Below the pieces are notes generated by a model, which saw only the letters and a program-made list of their open reading frames with translations, was not told where the DNA came from and ran no database searches. A stretch of DNA of 59,185 nt, filler included. It is 8 parts of 8 records of this genome, joined end to end, with 100 filler letters (N's around TTAATTAATTAA, not from the genome) between each part and the next. Parts side by side here need not be neighbours in the genome. Positions count along the whole stretch, not along the records: positions 1 to 6,319 come from SRR31156797_9653; positions 6,420 to 13,665 come from SRR31156797_9673; 6 more parts are not named here. One strand, given 5' to 3'. Numbering within the stretch: the stretch's first letter is position 1; each line of letters opens with the position of its first letter. The translations under genes and the position numbers were made by a program. Below, one piece after another: positions 1 through 9,362 of this stretch.

Positions 1-43
1 CTGTTGATAATAACATTGCTCCTAAAATAATTGTCTTTTTCAT
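1..43 (-). CDS. 5' end of a secreted protein (partial, runs off the window edge)
   Basis: Minus strand reads ATG at 43, MKKTIILGAMLLST..., a signal-peptide-like start, with AGGAGTG RBS upstream. Confidence 0.6.
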   Translation of the reverse strand, partial: MKKTIILGAMLLST

Positions 44-318
44 TTTAATCACTCCTAATTTATTTTTGATTTAAATATTTGTTTTTTAACTCGTTTCTTT
101 CTACACATAAATAATATAATTAAGTTATGAAATAGTTATGAAGAAAATATGAAAAAATTGTGAAATATATTTTTGTTATTAAACTGGTTCAATATAAAGA
201 AGCAAATTAAGTAATTATTTATGGAAAAAATTGAAGTTTGAAAGTAAAGCATAGTATACTTGAATTGTAAGGGATTAATTTAAGTGTGATTTTATTTCAA
301 AATGAAGGGGGAGATATA

Positions 319-1338
319 ATGAAAAAGTTATTTGGTTTTATTTTAATACTAGTAGTAATGTTATTTGGGGCTTGTGGAGAGGATAGTGATCTCAAAGTAG
401 TTGATACGAAAAATGAGATTCAAGCTGAAAATAGTACTTTGAATTATGAAGAGTTAGAATTTGTTTTCTTAACTGTAATTAATCAAATCCCATTTTGGGA
501 TGATCATAAATTAGCATTAAAAGATATCCAAGAAAAATATGGAATTAAAACCTCTTTTGTAGGACCTGAAACTTGGGATACCGAAATTCAAATACAAATG
601 TTGTATGAGATTGCAGATAAAAAACCTACAGGAATACTATTATTTCCAAGTGATGATGATCCAAGATTAGCAAAAGCGATTAACGATGTAATTGATATGG
701 GTATTCCGCTAGTAACTATCATTGGTGATGTAACAGGTAGTAGGAGATACACTAAAATTGGCGTAAATAATTATGAAGCTGGAAGAGTTGGTGGAAAAGA
801 ACTCGCTGAAGCAATCGGAGGTAAAGGTGAAGTTCTATTAGGAGGAACCAAAAGTGAAATATTCACTGAAAGAATGCGTGGATACCGAGAAGAGTTTGCT
901 GAAAATTATCCGGAAATCAAGATTGTAGCTGAAATTGATGATGAAGCAAATCCAGTAGTTGCTCCAAAGAGATATCTAGAGGCGTTGAAAAAATATCCAA
1001 ATGTTGTAGGGATCGGAGGAACAGATGCAGAGAGCGGAAAAGGAGCAGCAAGAGCGATTATTGAATTAGAAAAACAGGGAGAGATAAAAATAGTAGGAAT
1101 GGATAGAGATGATAGGATGCTGACTTATCTTGAAGAGGGAATTATCACATCATCAATAGCACAAATGAGCTATCTGGAGACATTATTTGCGGTAGAACTA
1201 ATACTTGATAATAAAAGAAAAAACATGAGTAGAGTTGAAGAGTGGGAGAAATACAATCTTAAAACTTATCCGGAAAAAATAGAGATGGGGGTTTGGGTTG
1301 TAAATAAAGAGAATATTCATTTGTTTTTGAATAAATAA
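319..1338 (+). CDS. Sugar-binding periplasmic lipoprotein (RbsB/Peripla_BP_4 type)
   Basis: GGGGAG RBS before ATG 319; lipobox LFGAC; motifs PFW, GIPLVTI, GVNNYEAG, IVGMD. Confidence 0.85.
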   Translation: MKKLFGFILILVVMLFGACGEDSDLKVVDTKNEIQAENSTLNYEELEFVFLTVINQIPFWDDHKLALKDIQEKYGIKTSFVGPETWDTEIQIQMLYEIADKKPTGILLFPSDDDPRLAKAINDVIDMGIPLVTIIGDVTGSRRYTKIGVNNYEAGRVGGKELAEAIGGKGEVLLGGTKSEIFTERMRGYREEFAENYPEIKIVAEIDDEANPVVAPKRYLEALKKYPNVVGIGGTDAESGKGAARAIIELEKQGEIKIVGMDRDDRMLTYLEEGIITSSIAQMSYLETLFAVELILDNKRKNMSRVEEWEKYNLKTYPEKIEMGVWVVNKENIHLFLNK

Positions 1339-1341
1339 GGG

Positions 1342-3201
1342 ATGATTGCGATGGTTAAAATTAGGGACCTAAAAGGTTATAATCGTTTAAAATTAAAGAT
1401 GATATTAGCTTTTATTATTATGCTGATACCTATTTTAATCATAGGAATAACCTCTCAAACTATTATAAGTAGATATATCAGAGGTAGAACAAATGATTTT
1501 AATAAGAGAAATATAAGAGTAACGGAAAAGAGTTTGAGTTTTATCAGACATGAAGTTAATAGCATCGCTGATCATATTTTAACTAATAAAGATGTAAAGA
1601 TACTTTTTTTTGACGATCAATCGTTTTATTCTGAAATTGTTGAGGATGAACTAGTTGAAATGTATCGAAAAATTGAAAGTGTCGAAGTATTATTGCAAAA
1701 AACTATATTTAATCAAAGTGAGATAATATCAAAAATTACGTTTATTCCACGAAATGGGGAAATTTTAAGTAGCAAATATTTTGCTAAAAATCATGAAATA
1801 CTTAATGAAATTAAAGAAACTTCCTGGTTTCATATGGGTGAAAAATCTAATCGGGATTTAATTTGGACTGGCTTTCACAAAGAGCTGGATAAACTATTTA
1901 AAGAAGGAGACGATTATGCATTTTCGCTGATAAAAAGTTTGAGAAATGAAAATACAGGGAAAACAAATGGAGTACTTGTTATTGATATCAAGCAAGAGTT
2001 TCTAAAAAAATCTATTGAAGATACTAAGAGTGATGAACTTACTGAGATACACTACATAACTCCTGATAATATAATATTATCTTTCTTTTCAGATAATACG
2101 GATTCTCTAAAAAAAATAAAAATGTCAGAATTTGAACTATATGACAAGCTGAAAATGAAAAAAAACACCCTTGGATTGGGAACAATTCAATACAAAAAAA
2201 ACAAGCATTACTTAATCTTTAGTAAAGATGAAGAGGAGTTTGCAATAGTTACTCTGACTCCTTATTCTACTTTGTTTAAAGAAATAAACGAACTTAATAT
2301 AATAATGGGGATATTAGTCCTTATTTCATTAGTAGTAGCACTTATTCTAGGAGTAAAGAATGCTATAAAACTTAGTGGTCTTTCAAATGAAAATCTGCAA
2401 CTCTTTAATGAAGTACAGGAGAAAAACTATAAATTAAATCAAAGTATTAATTATGCATCTAAAATCCAGAATGCTATTTTACCTCAAGCTCATGAAATGA
2501 AAAGTTGTATTAATGATTTTTTTGTTATATATTTACCAAAAGATATAGTTTCCGGTGATTTTTATTGGATTGCGGAAGTTGAAAATAAAAAAATAATAGC
2601 TGTTTCGGATTGTACGGGGCATGGTGTCCCCGGCTCTCTGATATCTATGGTAGGTAATATGATGCTTAATAAAGTTGTTATCGAAGGTAAAGTAACTGAC
2701 CCAAAAGAGATTTTGGAACAGATGGATTATCAGATAAAATTATTCCTGAAAAAAAATGATTCAACGATTGATGATGGAATGGATATAGGAATTTGTGTGC
2801 TAGATAAAAAGAAGAAGATTCTATCTTATAGTAGTGCCAGAAGGCCACTAGTTGTAACTAATTTCAAAAATGAATTAGTTGAATATAAAGGAAGTAAAAG
2901 AAGCATCGGTGAGAAATCCAGAAGAAGATTAAAAAAAAGAGAGTTTGAAAGAATAGATCTTAAACTTGAAGATATAAATATGATATATATGTTTTCAGAT
3001 GGTTATGCAGATCAAAATAACTCAGAAAATAGTGCATATTCAAGAAGTCAACTTAAAACAGATCTCCTGTCTATTCATGAAGCAGATGTTGATATTCAAA
3101 AGGAGATTTTATTAGATAATTTGAAAAAACATCAAGGTTCCGAAGCTCAAAGAGATGATATAACCTTACTTGGAATAAAAAATCAATTTTGCTCAAAATA
3201 A
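1342..3201 (+). CDS. Membrane PP2C/SpoIIE (RsbU-like) phosphatase with extracellular Cache-type sensor domain
   Basis: Two TM segments flank a ~280-aa extracytoplasmic region; phosphatase motifs VSGDFY, DCTGHGVPG, DGMD, SDG, RDDIT. Confidence 0.85.
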   Translation: MIAMVKIRDLKGYNRLKLKMILAFIIMLIPILIIGITSQTIISRYIRGRTNDFNKRNIRVTEKSLSFIRHEVNSIADHILTNKDVKILFFDDQSFYSEIVEDELVEMYRKIESVEVLLQKTIFNQSEIISKITFIPRNGEILSSKYFAKNHEILNEIKETSWFHMGEKSNRDLIWTGFHKELDKLFKEGDDYAFSLIKSLRNENTGKTNGVLVIDIKQEFLKKSIEDTKSDELTEIHYITPDNIILSFFSDNTDSLKKIKMSEFELYDKLKMKKNTLGLGTIQYKKNKHYLIFSKDEEEFAIVTLTPYSTLFKEINELNIIMGILVLISLVVALILGVKNAIKLSGLSNENLQLFNEVQEKNYKLNQSINYASKIQNAILPQAHEMKSCINDFFVIYLPKDIVSGDFYWIAEVENKKIIAVSDCTGHGVPGSLISMVGNMMLNKVVIEGKVTDPKEILEQMDYQIKLFLKKNDSTIDDGMDIGICVLDKKKKILSYSSARRPLVVTNFKNELVEYKGSKRSIGEKSRRRLKKREFERIDLKLEDINMIYMFSDGYADQNNSENSAYSRSQLKTDLLSIHEADVDIQKEILLDNLKKHQGSEAQRDDITLLGIKNQFCSK

Positions 3202-3212
3202 AGAATTTAAAA

Positions 3213-3238
3213 GAGGCCACTGACTTTTCAGTGACCTC
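3213..3238. terminator. Intrinsic terminator between convergent genes
   Basis: GAGGCCACTGA-CTTT-TCAGTGACCTC hairpin flanked by A and T tracts. Confidence 0.7.
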
Positions 3239-3276
3239 CGTTTTATTTATCTCTTTAATATATTTTATTTTCAACT

Positions 3277-3618
3277 CTAATTATTCCTAAGTCTATCTCC
3301 TTGATAATCCATAAACCACTTAACTTCATTTCTTAATTTTTCATCTTCACAATTCGATAGAAAGATCGAATATATTTCCATGAATCGTTCTCTGTTTTCA
3401 CCACTCATTTCACAAATTACCCTATTTACCAAAAGTAATGTGTGACTTGTTGGCCTTTGCATTACAAATTTATTCATAAAAGTAAAAAGAACATCTAAAT
3501 CATCTTTTGTAACACCTTCAGCTTTTTGCTCCATAATTACTTTATCCAAATTAATATAGTACTCATCATTTTGCTTAAGAGAGAGTACTTCCTTAATCCT
3601 GTTCACAATATTACCCAT
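3277..3618 (-). CDS. Hypothetical protein
   Basis: ORF with GAGGTG RBS before ATG 3618; no family recognised. Confidence 0.65.
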   Translation of the reverse strand: MGNIVNRIKEVLSLKQNDEYYINLDKVIMEQKAEGVTKDDLDVLFTFMNKFVMQRPTSHTLLLVNRVICEMSGENRERFMEIYSIFLSNCEDEKLRNEVKWFMDYQGDRLRNN

Positions 3619-4122
3619 TTTAATCACCTCTTCAAAAAAATTTGAGCTAATTATCAATCTCCCCGTTAAATCCCGCCAATAATTTCTTTTTTCTAATCCC
3701 TATCAAATTCTATAAACCCGATTTCATAATAAAATATATTTATGTACAAATCTCCGTATTCATAATCGATTTCATCTATCGCCCCCGCTTTCATAGTTAA
3801 AATCTCTTGTTAACAAAGCTCCCAATAAAACGACATATTCTTGTACTATTATTTCATCTAGAAACATTTTGTTCCTATATTATAATCTATTACAAAAATA
3901 ATACATTAATATATTTTAACACTTTTTTTCCCAAAAAACAAGATACATTTAATAAAAAATTTTGTATACTTATTTTTACTCTCTTTAGCAAGAGACTTTA
4001 GTCAATATACAAGATATATATTTTCCAATACAATTGTTACTATATACAAGTTTCAATTCAATTAAATATTTAAGCATTTAACTAATTTGAATAGTTCAAG
4101 TTTTTAAATCAAAAAAAATAAA

Positions 4123-4152
4123 AGACAGAGTAGTAAAATTTATACTCTGTCT
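4123..4152 (-). terminator. Intrinsic terminator after tetR
   Basis: AGACAGAGTA...TACTCTGTCT perfect 10-bp stem followed by a T tract on the minus strand. Confidence 0.75.
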
Positions 4153-4167
4153 GTAAATTATCATTTG

Positions 4168-4776
4168 TTAAAATATTAACTCATCTAGCAGCATTTTTCC
4201 TTTATCAGTTAAATACGGATAAATAATTCTACTCATATTTCTTTTTAATCTGGCTTCCTGTTTATCTCTATCACTTTTTCCGCTAAACAACTCACTTTTC
4301 AAAATAAATATATCCATTGTAAACCATGATAAATCTAAATAATCCTCTATCTCTTCATCGCTTAGTTTCCTCATATAGCCTTTCTCCATCGCCTTATTCA
4401 TTGCTACGATGATCTCATTTTTTCTTTTTTCCATTAATTCAAGATGCATCTCTTTTAATTCAATATCTTGCATAAAGAGTGAAAACATCTCTCGATAAAA
4501 AAACCGATACTTATCCTGCTCTTTGAGCATTGTTTCAAGGCTATTTGTAAAAAAAAGTAAAAAATTCTTTATCTCTCCAGTCCAATACCCTTCCAAACTT
4601 TTGACCATTTCTAAATAAATTTTTCTGATTATCTCTTCTTTATTTTTATAATGATAGTATAAATTACCCGGGCTAATTCCACACTCTTTGGCTATATTAT
4701 TAGTATTTATGCTTGCCGTTCCATATTCATTGAATAACTTTCTAGCTGTTTCACTTATCTGATCTCGCTTTTTCAT
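4168..4776 (-). CDS. TetR/AcrR family transcriptional regulator
   Basis: N-terminal HTH IAKECGISPGNLYYHYKNKEEI; GGAGG RBS. Confidence 0.93.
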   Translation of the reverse strand: MKKRDQISETARKLFNEYGTASINTNNIAKECGISPGNLYYHYKNKEEIIRKIYLEMVKSLEGYWTGEIKNFLLFFTNSLETMLKEQDKYRFFYREMFSLFMQDIELKEMHLELMEKRKNEIIVAMNKAMEKGYMRKLSDEEIEDYLDLSWFTMDIFILKSELFSGKSDRDKQEARLKRNMSRIIYPYLTDKGKMLLDELIF

Positions 4777-4875
4777 CTAACCTCCATTTATTGGATTTAT
4801 TTCTTAATTAATAGAGCTATTTTACTAAAAAGTTTAACATAATTTTGGATAATTTACAATAACTGAAAAATAAAA

Positions 4876-4909
4876 AAAGGCACTTCCCATTAAATCAGGA
4901 ACTGCCTTT
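4876..4909 (-). terminator. Intrinsic terminator after the MATE gene
   Basis: AAAGGCACTTCC...GGAACTGCCTTT stem followed by a T tract on the minus strand. Confidence 0.65.
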
Positions 4910-4924
4910 CAATTATTTAATTTT

Positions 4925-6277
4925 TTATATTTCAGCTACTAAATTATTAACCCATTTCTTAGAGTGTACTCTGGTAAACAGTAAAAATGCTCTCAAAACT
5001 TCTTCTAATGAAATAAACAAGAAAGTTAAATGAAGTGGCAAATGAAATACAAAGGCCGAAATCAAACCTACAGGTATTCCAATTAACCATGTACCGATTA
5101 TATCTGTTAATAGAGTAAATTTAGTATCTCCACCACTACGAAGTATTCCGCTGTGACTTACCATATTGAACACTCTGGCTAAAAAAGTAATCGAAAAAAG
5201 TATAAGTAGAGTCCCGGCCATCTTCTGCACATTAGCTGGTACATTATATAAGGAAGCAAATGGATAACTGATTAGGGCCACTATTACTGCCATCAATATT
5301 GACCATTTAAAAGTTAACTTCATAACCTTCACTGAATAATCAAATGCTGTTTCAAGATCGTTTGAACCTAACTTTTTACCTATCATAACCTGTGAAGCAT
5401 TTGCAAGTCCGGAAAATATACCGAAGCATATTCCCTGAATAGGATAGGTAATCGACACTGCTGAAAATGCATCTGTCCCTATATTTCCGTAAATTGCTGC
5501 ATAAATCGATATTCCTATTACCCATAGGAATTCTCCCGCTATTACTGATGAGATAGCATCTATAAATTTTTTCGCAAAAACCATCGAAATATTAAACATT
5601 GCTGATAAAGATAAATATTCACCTATATCACTCCTATACACTGATATCGTAAGTAATATCGCCTCAAGCCATCGTGAAATAAGTGTTGCATACGCTGCTC
5701 CGATAACACCCATTCCCTCAAAACCGCCTATTCCAAATATTAATATATAATTCAGCACAGTATTTGTAAGTACTGCTGCAAAACCTGCTTTCATTGGTAT
5801 TTTAGCGTTATCTGTACTTCTAAGTAGTGCTGCATATGTCAAAGTTATTAGAGTTCCAAAATAACTAAATGAAGTAATTCTGCTGTATTTCGCTCCCATT
5901 TCTATAACTGCCTGATCTTTTGAAAAGAAGGTCATAAACATCTCCGGGTATATTGCAACACATAAAGTTAAGAGTCCTGTAATAACTCCACCTAATAAAA
6001 AGGTAAATCCTACAAGTTGACCTAAACTCTTTTTATCACCTTTTCCCAGAAATTGCGACGCAAATATTGATACTCCTCCGGTAACACCTAGTAGTAAAAA
6101 AAATAGTATGCTGAATATCTGTCCCCCAAAACCTACAGCACTTATAGAAACGTTTCCAGTTCTGCCCACCATCAATGAATCTATCATTCCCATTGATGAA
6201 CCTATCAAACTTTGCAGACTAATAGGTATTGCTATTTTAAGTAAATTCTTTTTGAAATTTTCATGTTCTTTTATCAA
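4925..6277 (-). CDS. MATE family efflux transporter
   Basis: 450 aa, ~12 TM; motifs IDSLMVG, LNYILIFG, GVIGAAYATLISR, GILRSGGDT. Confidence 0.92.
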   Translation of the reverse strand: MIKEHENFKKNLLKIAIPISLQSLIGSSMGMIDSLMVGRTGNVSISAVGFGGQIFSILFFLLLGVTGGVSIFASQFLGKGDKKSLGQLVGFTFLLGGVITGLLTLCVAIYPEMFMTFFSKDQAVIEMGAKYSRITSFSYFGTLITLTYAALLRSTDNAKIPMKAGFAAVLTNTVLNYILIFGIGGFEGMGVIGAAYATLISRWLEAILLTISVYRSDIGEYLSLSAMFNISMVFAKKFIDAISSVIAGEFLWVIGISIYAAIYGNIGTDAFSAVSITYPIQGICFGIFSGLANASQVMIGKKLGSNDLETAFDYSVKVMKLTFKWSILMAVIVALISYPFASLYNVPANVQKMAGTLLILFSITFLARVFNMVSHSGILRSGGDTKFTLLTDIIGTWLIGIPVGLISAFVFHLPLHLTFLFISLEEVLRAFLLFTRVHSKKWVNNLVAEI

Positions 6278-6319
6278 TTTTTTCCTCCATCTATATAGAT
6301 TTTAATTAGTTTCGTGTAC

Positions 6320-6419
6320 NNNNNNNNNNNNNNNNNNNNNNNNNNNNNNNNNNNNNNNNNNNNTTAATTAATTAANNNNNNNNNNNNNNNNNNNNNNNNN
6401 NNNNNNNNNNNNNNNNNNN
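6320..6419. other. Artificial contig-joining spacer
   Basis: N44-TTAATTAATTAA-N44, with stop codons in all six frames; composition changes across it. Confidence 0.98.
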
Positions 6420-6776
6420 ATTCATTTGACGACAGGTACGGGAAGTAAAAACAATAAGATCATGGTCACAATGGGTTATTTCCCCTGTACAGGGAAAGGG
6501 AATTCCTCAAGGGGCCTAATGACGCCGCGGTATTGGCTCTGGCTGCCATAGCCGCCGGCTGGAAATCAGCTATGAGTTTTAACGGGCGCATTTATATTTA
6601 AACATGGGAAAAACTTCACCCAAATTTAGAAAATTATTTTCCTTATAATTCCTGCGACTTATGGACTTTTATCAGATCAGTCAAGCTTCCATATCCATAA
6701 TTATGGTAATCAACTATCATAATTTATACAGTATATTCCCATTGCAATGAAGAATCGTCAAAAACCAATGCAATAA

Positions 6777-6792
6777 AGGTATATAACTTGCA
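6777..6792 (+). promoter_or_regulatory. Putative sigma-54 (-24/-12) promoter of the PEP-CTERM gene
   Basis: AGGTATATAACTTGCA: GG(6778-79)-N10-GC(6790-91), with TTGC at -12. Confidence 0.6.
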
Positions 6793-6863
6793 TATCATAA
6801 TAAAACGACAGTAATCTGCTGTCTGTAATCTATTAATTAAATTGAAAAAGAGGAGACGTAAAA

Positions 6864-7724
6864 GTGAGACGATTTTTAATTCAATTTGTTATGCTGTTCT
6901 TATTCTTAGTGGGGTTAACAGGAGTGAGTTCGGCTTCTTCTATTGATGTTTTATGGTACGGTGCTAACGACAACTTTAATGGTAAGGCTCAAACCCTTGC
7001 AGGTCAGGCCCCTAGCTATGATCCGGATGGAGACGGCAGCCTGACCTGGAATCTGGACATATGGTCCGACGGTGAAGCTATTGACTTTACCTCTTATGAT
7101 GTCCTGGTTATCGGTTCCTCTTCTATTTTTGGATCAGGTATGGACCCCGCTCGCCTGCTTGCAAGCAAGGCTGGAATTGAAGCGGCCAGGGGAACCAGAA
7201 CGTTCTTAAGCGGTCAGGATGCGGATTACCATTATAGGAATGATCTGAGTCACGGCTCTGCCGGGTTCATGATAAACGCTGTAAACTGGGCCGCCTCCGG
7301 CACTGGCCTTGGTATAGTTTCCATGGCTGACGGATTTGTTGGCTCAGGAAGTCAATGGTGGCTTAATGATGATTCATTTCTCAAGGATGAATTGGATGGG
7401 TATATGGAATATTGGCAGGATGAGAATGTTGTGATCCCCGCGGGAATGGAATCTTTCCCTGTTAATGAGGGCTTGACCACGGCATCATTGTCAAACTGGG
7501 GAATCTCTTCCCATTCAGGATTTTTGGGCGATGTCCCTGGCTATACCACAATTAATGTGTCCGGCACCTATCCGGGCAGGGGTATCACGATTGTCACCGA
7601 GGGGTATGAAGGTGGGGATACCAGCGGTGGGGATGACGACCCGCCAGCAGTGCCCGAGCCAACTACCATTCTTTTGTTTGGATTCGGGCTGCTGGGAATT
7701 GCAGGTATGACCAGAAAAAAATAA
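6864..7724 (+). CDS. PEP-CTERM sorting-domain surface protein
   Basis: Signal peptide; C-terminus VPEPTTILLFGFGLLGIAGMTRKK; AGGAG RBS before the GTG start. Confidence 0.93.
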   Translation: MRRFLIQFVMLFLFLVGLTGVSSASSIDVLWYGANDNFNGKAQTLAGQAPSYDPDGDGSLTWNLDIWSDGEAIDFTSYDVLVIGSSSIFGSGMDPARLLASKAGIEAARGTRTFLSGQDADYHYRNDLSHGSAGFMINAVNWAASGTGLGIVSMADGFVGSGSQWWLNDDSFLKDELDGYMEYWQDENVVIPAGMESFPVNEGLTTASLSNWGISSHSGFLGDVPGYTTINVSGTYPGRGITIVTEGYEGGDTSGGDDDPPAVPEPTTILLFGFGLLGIAGMTRKK

Positions 7725-7749
7725 TCTGATAAATAAACCCTATAATCTT

Positions 7750-7780
7750 AAAACAGGGGGCAAAAGCCCCCTGTTTTTTT
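7750..7780 (+). terminator. Intrinsic terminator
   Basis: AAAACAGGGGGC-AAAA-GCCCCCTGTTTTTTT. Confidence 0.9.
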
Positions 7781-8026
7781 GTTTTGGCTTGATTGGAAAT
7801 CTGTATTTCAGATCAGTGCACACCCGTTTTGTCAGCCTGCTGACAAGCCATCTATAAACCGGGCCCCCGGACGGCATTTGCCAAACCGGGCCGGGTAGCC
7901 CGGCAAAAACTTTCTCCAAATTTTCCTTCGGGATGATCGACCATATGATATGATATCCAGGGCTGAAGAAGGGACATCCCTATGCCCTGGTGCACACAGG
8001 CAAAATGCCCCAGGACTCTTTTTCTA

Positions 8027-8055
8027 TTGACACAAGAATTTAAAGAACATATCTT
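8027..8055 (+). promoter_or_regulatory. Sigma-70 promoter of the fluoride-riboswitch leader
   Basis: TTGACA(8027-32)-17 bp-TATCTT(8050-55), placing +1 a few nt before the aptamer. Confidence 0.75.
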
Positions 8056-8065
8056 TGCATTCTTC

Positions 8066-8116
8066 AATGGGGATGGAGTTCCCCGAAACTGCCCATAAAG
8101 GCTGATGACTCCTGCA
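8066..8116 (+). ncRNA. Fluoride riboswitch (crcB motif) aptamer
   Basis: GGGGATGGAGTTCCCC..AAACTGCC..GGCTGATGACTCCTGC matches the motif (GGnGATGGnGTTCnCC...GCTGATGACnCCT) and lies directly upstream of crcB. Confidence 0.95.
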
Positions 8117-8175
8117 TATTAAATGAACCGGACACGACAGCATGGCTGTTTTGTCTATAATGCAGGAGTTTTTTT
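8108..8175 (+). terminator. Riboswitch expression-platform terminator
   Basis: ACTCCTGCAT(8108-17) pairs with ATGCAGGAGT(8160-69), followed by a T run; the 5' arm overlaps the aptamer pseudoknot strand. Confidence 0.85.
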
Positions 8176-8216
8176 ATGTCCGAATCCATACACGCCCCCG
8201 TGAAAAGGGGGTAATC

Positions 8217-8597
8217 ATGATCACCCACAAACTATTCTGGATCGCCGGTGCAGGGGCTTTAGGCTCCGTGTCCCGGTACCTTCTTGCCGTCGGGGTACAG
8301 CGCGCAGCAGGCCCCGGTTTTCCCTGGGGAACCGCCACGGTGAATATCCTGGGGTGTTTTCTATTCGGCCTGGTCTGGGCTGCTGCCTGGGAACGGTGGT
8401 TCCTGGGCCCGGAAATAAAACTGGTGATCCTGGCCGGATTCATGGGAGCCTTTACCACATTTTCCACCTTTATATCCGAAACCGGGCAACTCATCGAAAC
8501 CTTTGAACTGATGAGGGCCGCTGGAAACATGGGCTTTCAGATAGCCGGCGGTATGGGGGCTTTTTTTACAGGCCAAACCCTGGGCCGGTTTATTTAA
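8217..8597 (+). CDS. crcB: Fluoride efflux channel Fluc/CrcB
   Basis: GALGSVSRY, PWGTATVNILG, GFMGAFTTFSTF; start moved to ATG 8217 (AAGGGGG RBS) because the longer ORF overlaps the riboswitch terminator. Confidence 0.95.
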   Translation: MITHKLFWIAGAGALGSVSRYLLAVGVQRAAGPGFPWGTATVNILGCFLFGLVWAAAWERWFLGPEIKLVILAGFMGAFTTFSTFISETGQLIETFELMRAAGNMGFQIAGGMGAFFTGQTLGRFI

Positions 8598-8631
8598 ATC
8601 AGCGGACAATATAACCAAAGGAAATTTCATC

Positions 8632-8961
8632 ATGAAAGAGAATTGGGAAATTCTCCGTATTTTCACCGGGGAACAGGCCCGGTACAACCGCCGGCCTTTT
8701 TACGAAGCCGTGGTAAACATCGCAAACGAACTGGGCCTGTCCGGTGCAACAGTGTTCCGGGGGAGCATGGGGTTCGGGCCCAAACATATGGTCCACACTT
8801 CAAAGATACTCTGCCTTTCTGAAGACCTGCCCGTGGTGGTGGAGATTGCGGACCGGCCGGAGAACCTGGATAAGCTCATGCCCTTTCTCAAAGAAAATAT
8901 GAAGCACGGGCTGATTGCCCGGGAAAAGGTCTCCGTGTTTATTCCGGGAAAAACACCGTAA
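8632..8961 (+). CDS. DUF190 PII-like protein
   Basis: LRIFTGE, GATVFRGSMGFG, LSEDLPVVVEI; usual crcB neighbour. Confidence 0.9.
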   Translation: MKENWEILRIFTGEQARYNRRPFYEAVVNIANELGLSGATVFRGSMGFGPKHMVHTSKILCLSEDLPVVVEIADRPENLDKLMPFLKENMKHGLIAREKVSVFIPGKTP

Positions 8962-8972
8962 AGGAAGCGGCC

Positions 8973-9317
8973 ATGCCCCCATTGTTTCGAATCCTGCCCA
9001 TGCTGGTCTGTTCCAACCTGTTCATGACATTCGCCTGGTACGGCCATCTGAAAACCATGGCGGCAAAGCCATGGATCATTGCCGCCCTTGCCAGCTGGGC
9101 CATTGCCCTCGGGGAATATCTTATCCAGGTGCCGGCCAACCGCATGGGCCATGCCTGTTACAGCCTGGCCCAGCTTAAAATCCTACAGGAAGCCGTAACA
9201 TTAGCCGTATTCATACCCTTTTCCATCTTCTATATGAAGGAAAGCTTTAAAACAGACTATATCTGGGCGGGTTGCTGCCTCATGGGGGCAGTCTATTTTA
9301 TGTTCCGAGGGAATTGA
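8973..9317 (+). CDS. DMT superfamily small membrane protein (DUF486 type)
   Basis: SNLFMTFAWYGHLK, EYLIQVPANRMG, QLKILQE. Confidence 0.88.
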   Translation: MPPLFRILPMLVCSNLFMTFAWYGHLKTMAAKPWIIAALASWAIALGEYLIQVPANRMGHACYSLAQLKILQEAVTLAVFIPFSIFYMKESFKTDYIWAGCCLMGAVYFMFRGN

Positions 9318-9362
9318 GCTGCGCCCTATAATCGGATTCCTTTAAATATAAGGAGAACTTCA

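Noticed and set aside
3660-4120. Small ORFs or an sRNA in the AT-rich gap (3807-4001 ORF; a 33-codon minus-strand frame starting near 3793)
   Set aside because: No convincing RBS, motif or structure.
7800-8067. 71-aa minus-strand ORF and short GC hairpins upstream of the riboswitch
   Set aside because: It overlaps the promoter and has no RBS or family signal; it may be a gene remnant but cannot be supported.
8142-8216. N-terminal extension of crcB in the ORF track
   Set aside because: It overlaps the riboswitch terminator; the RBS and family length support ATG 8217.
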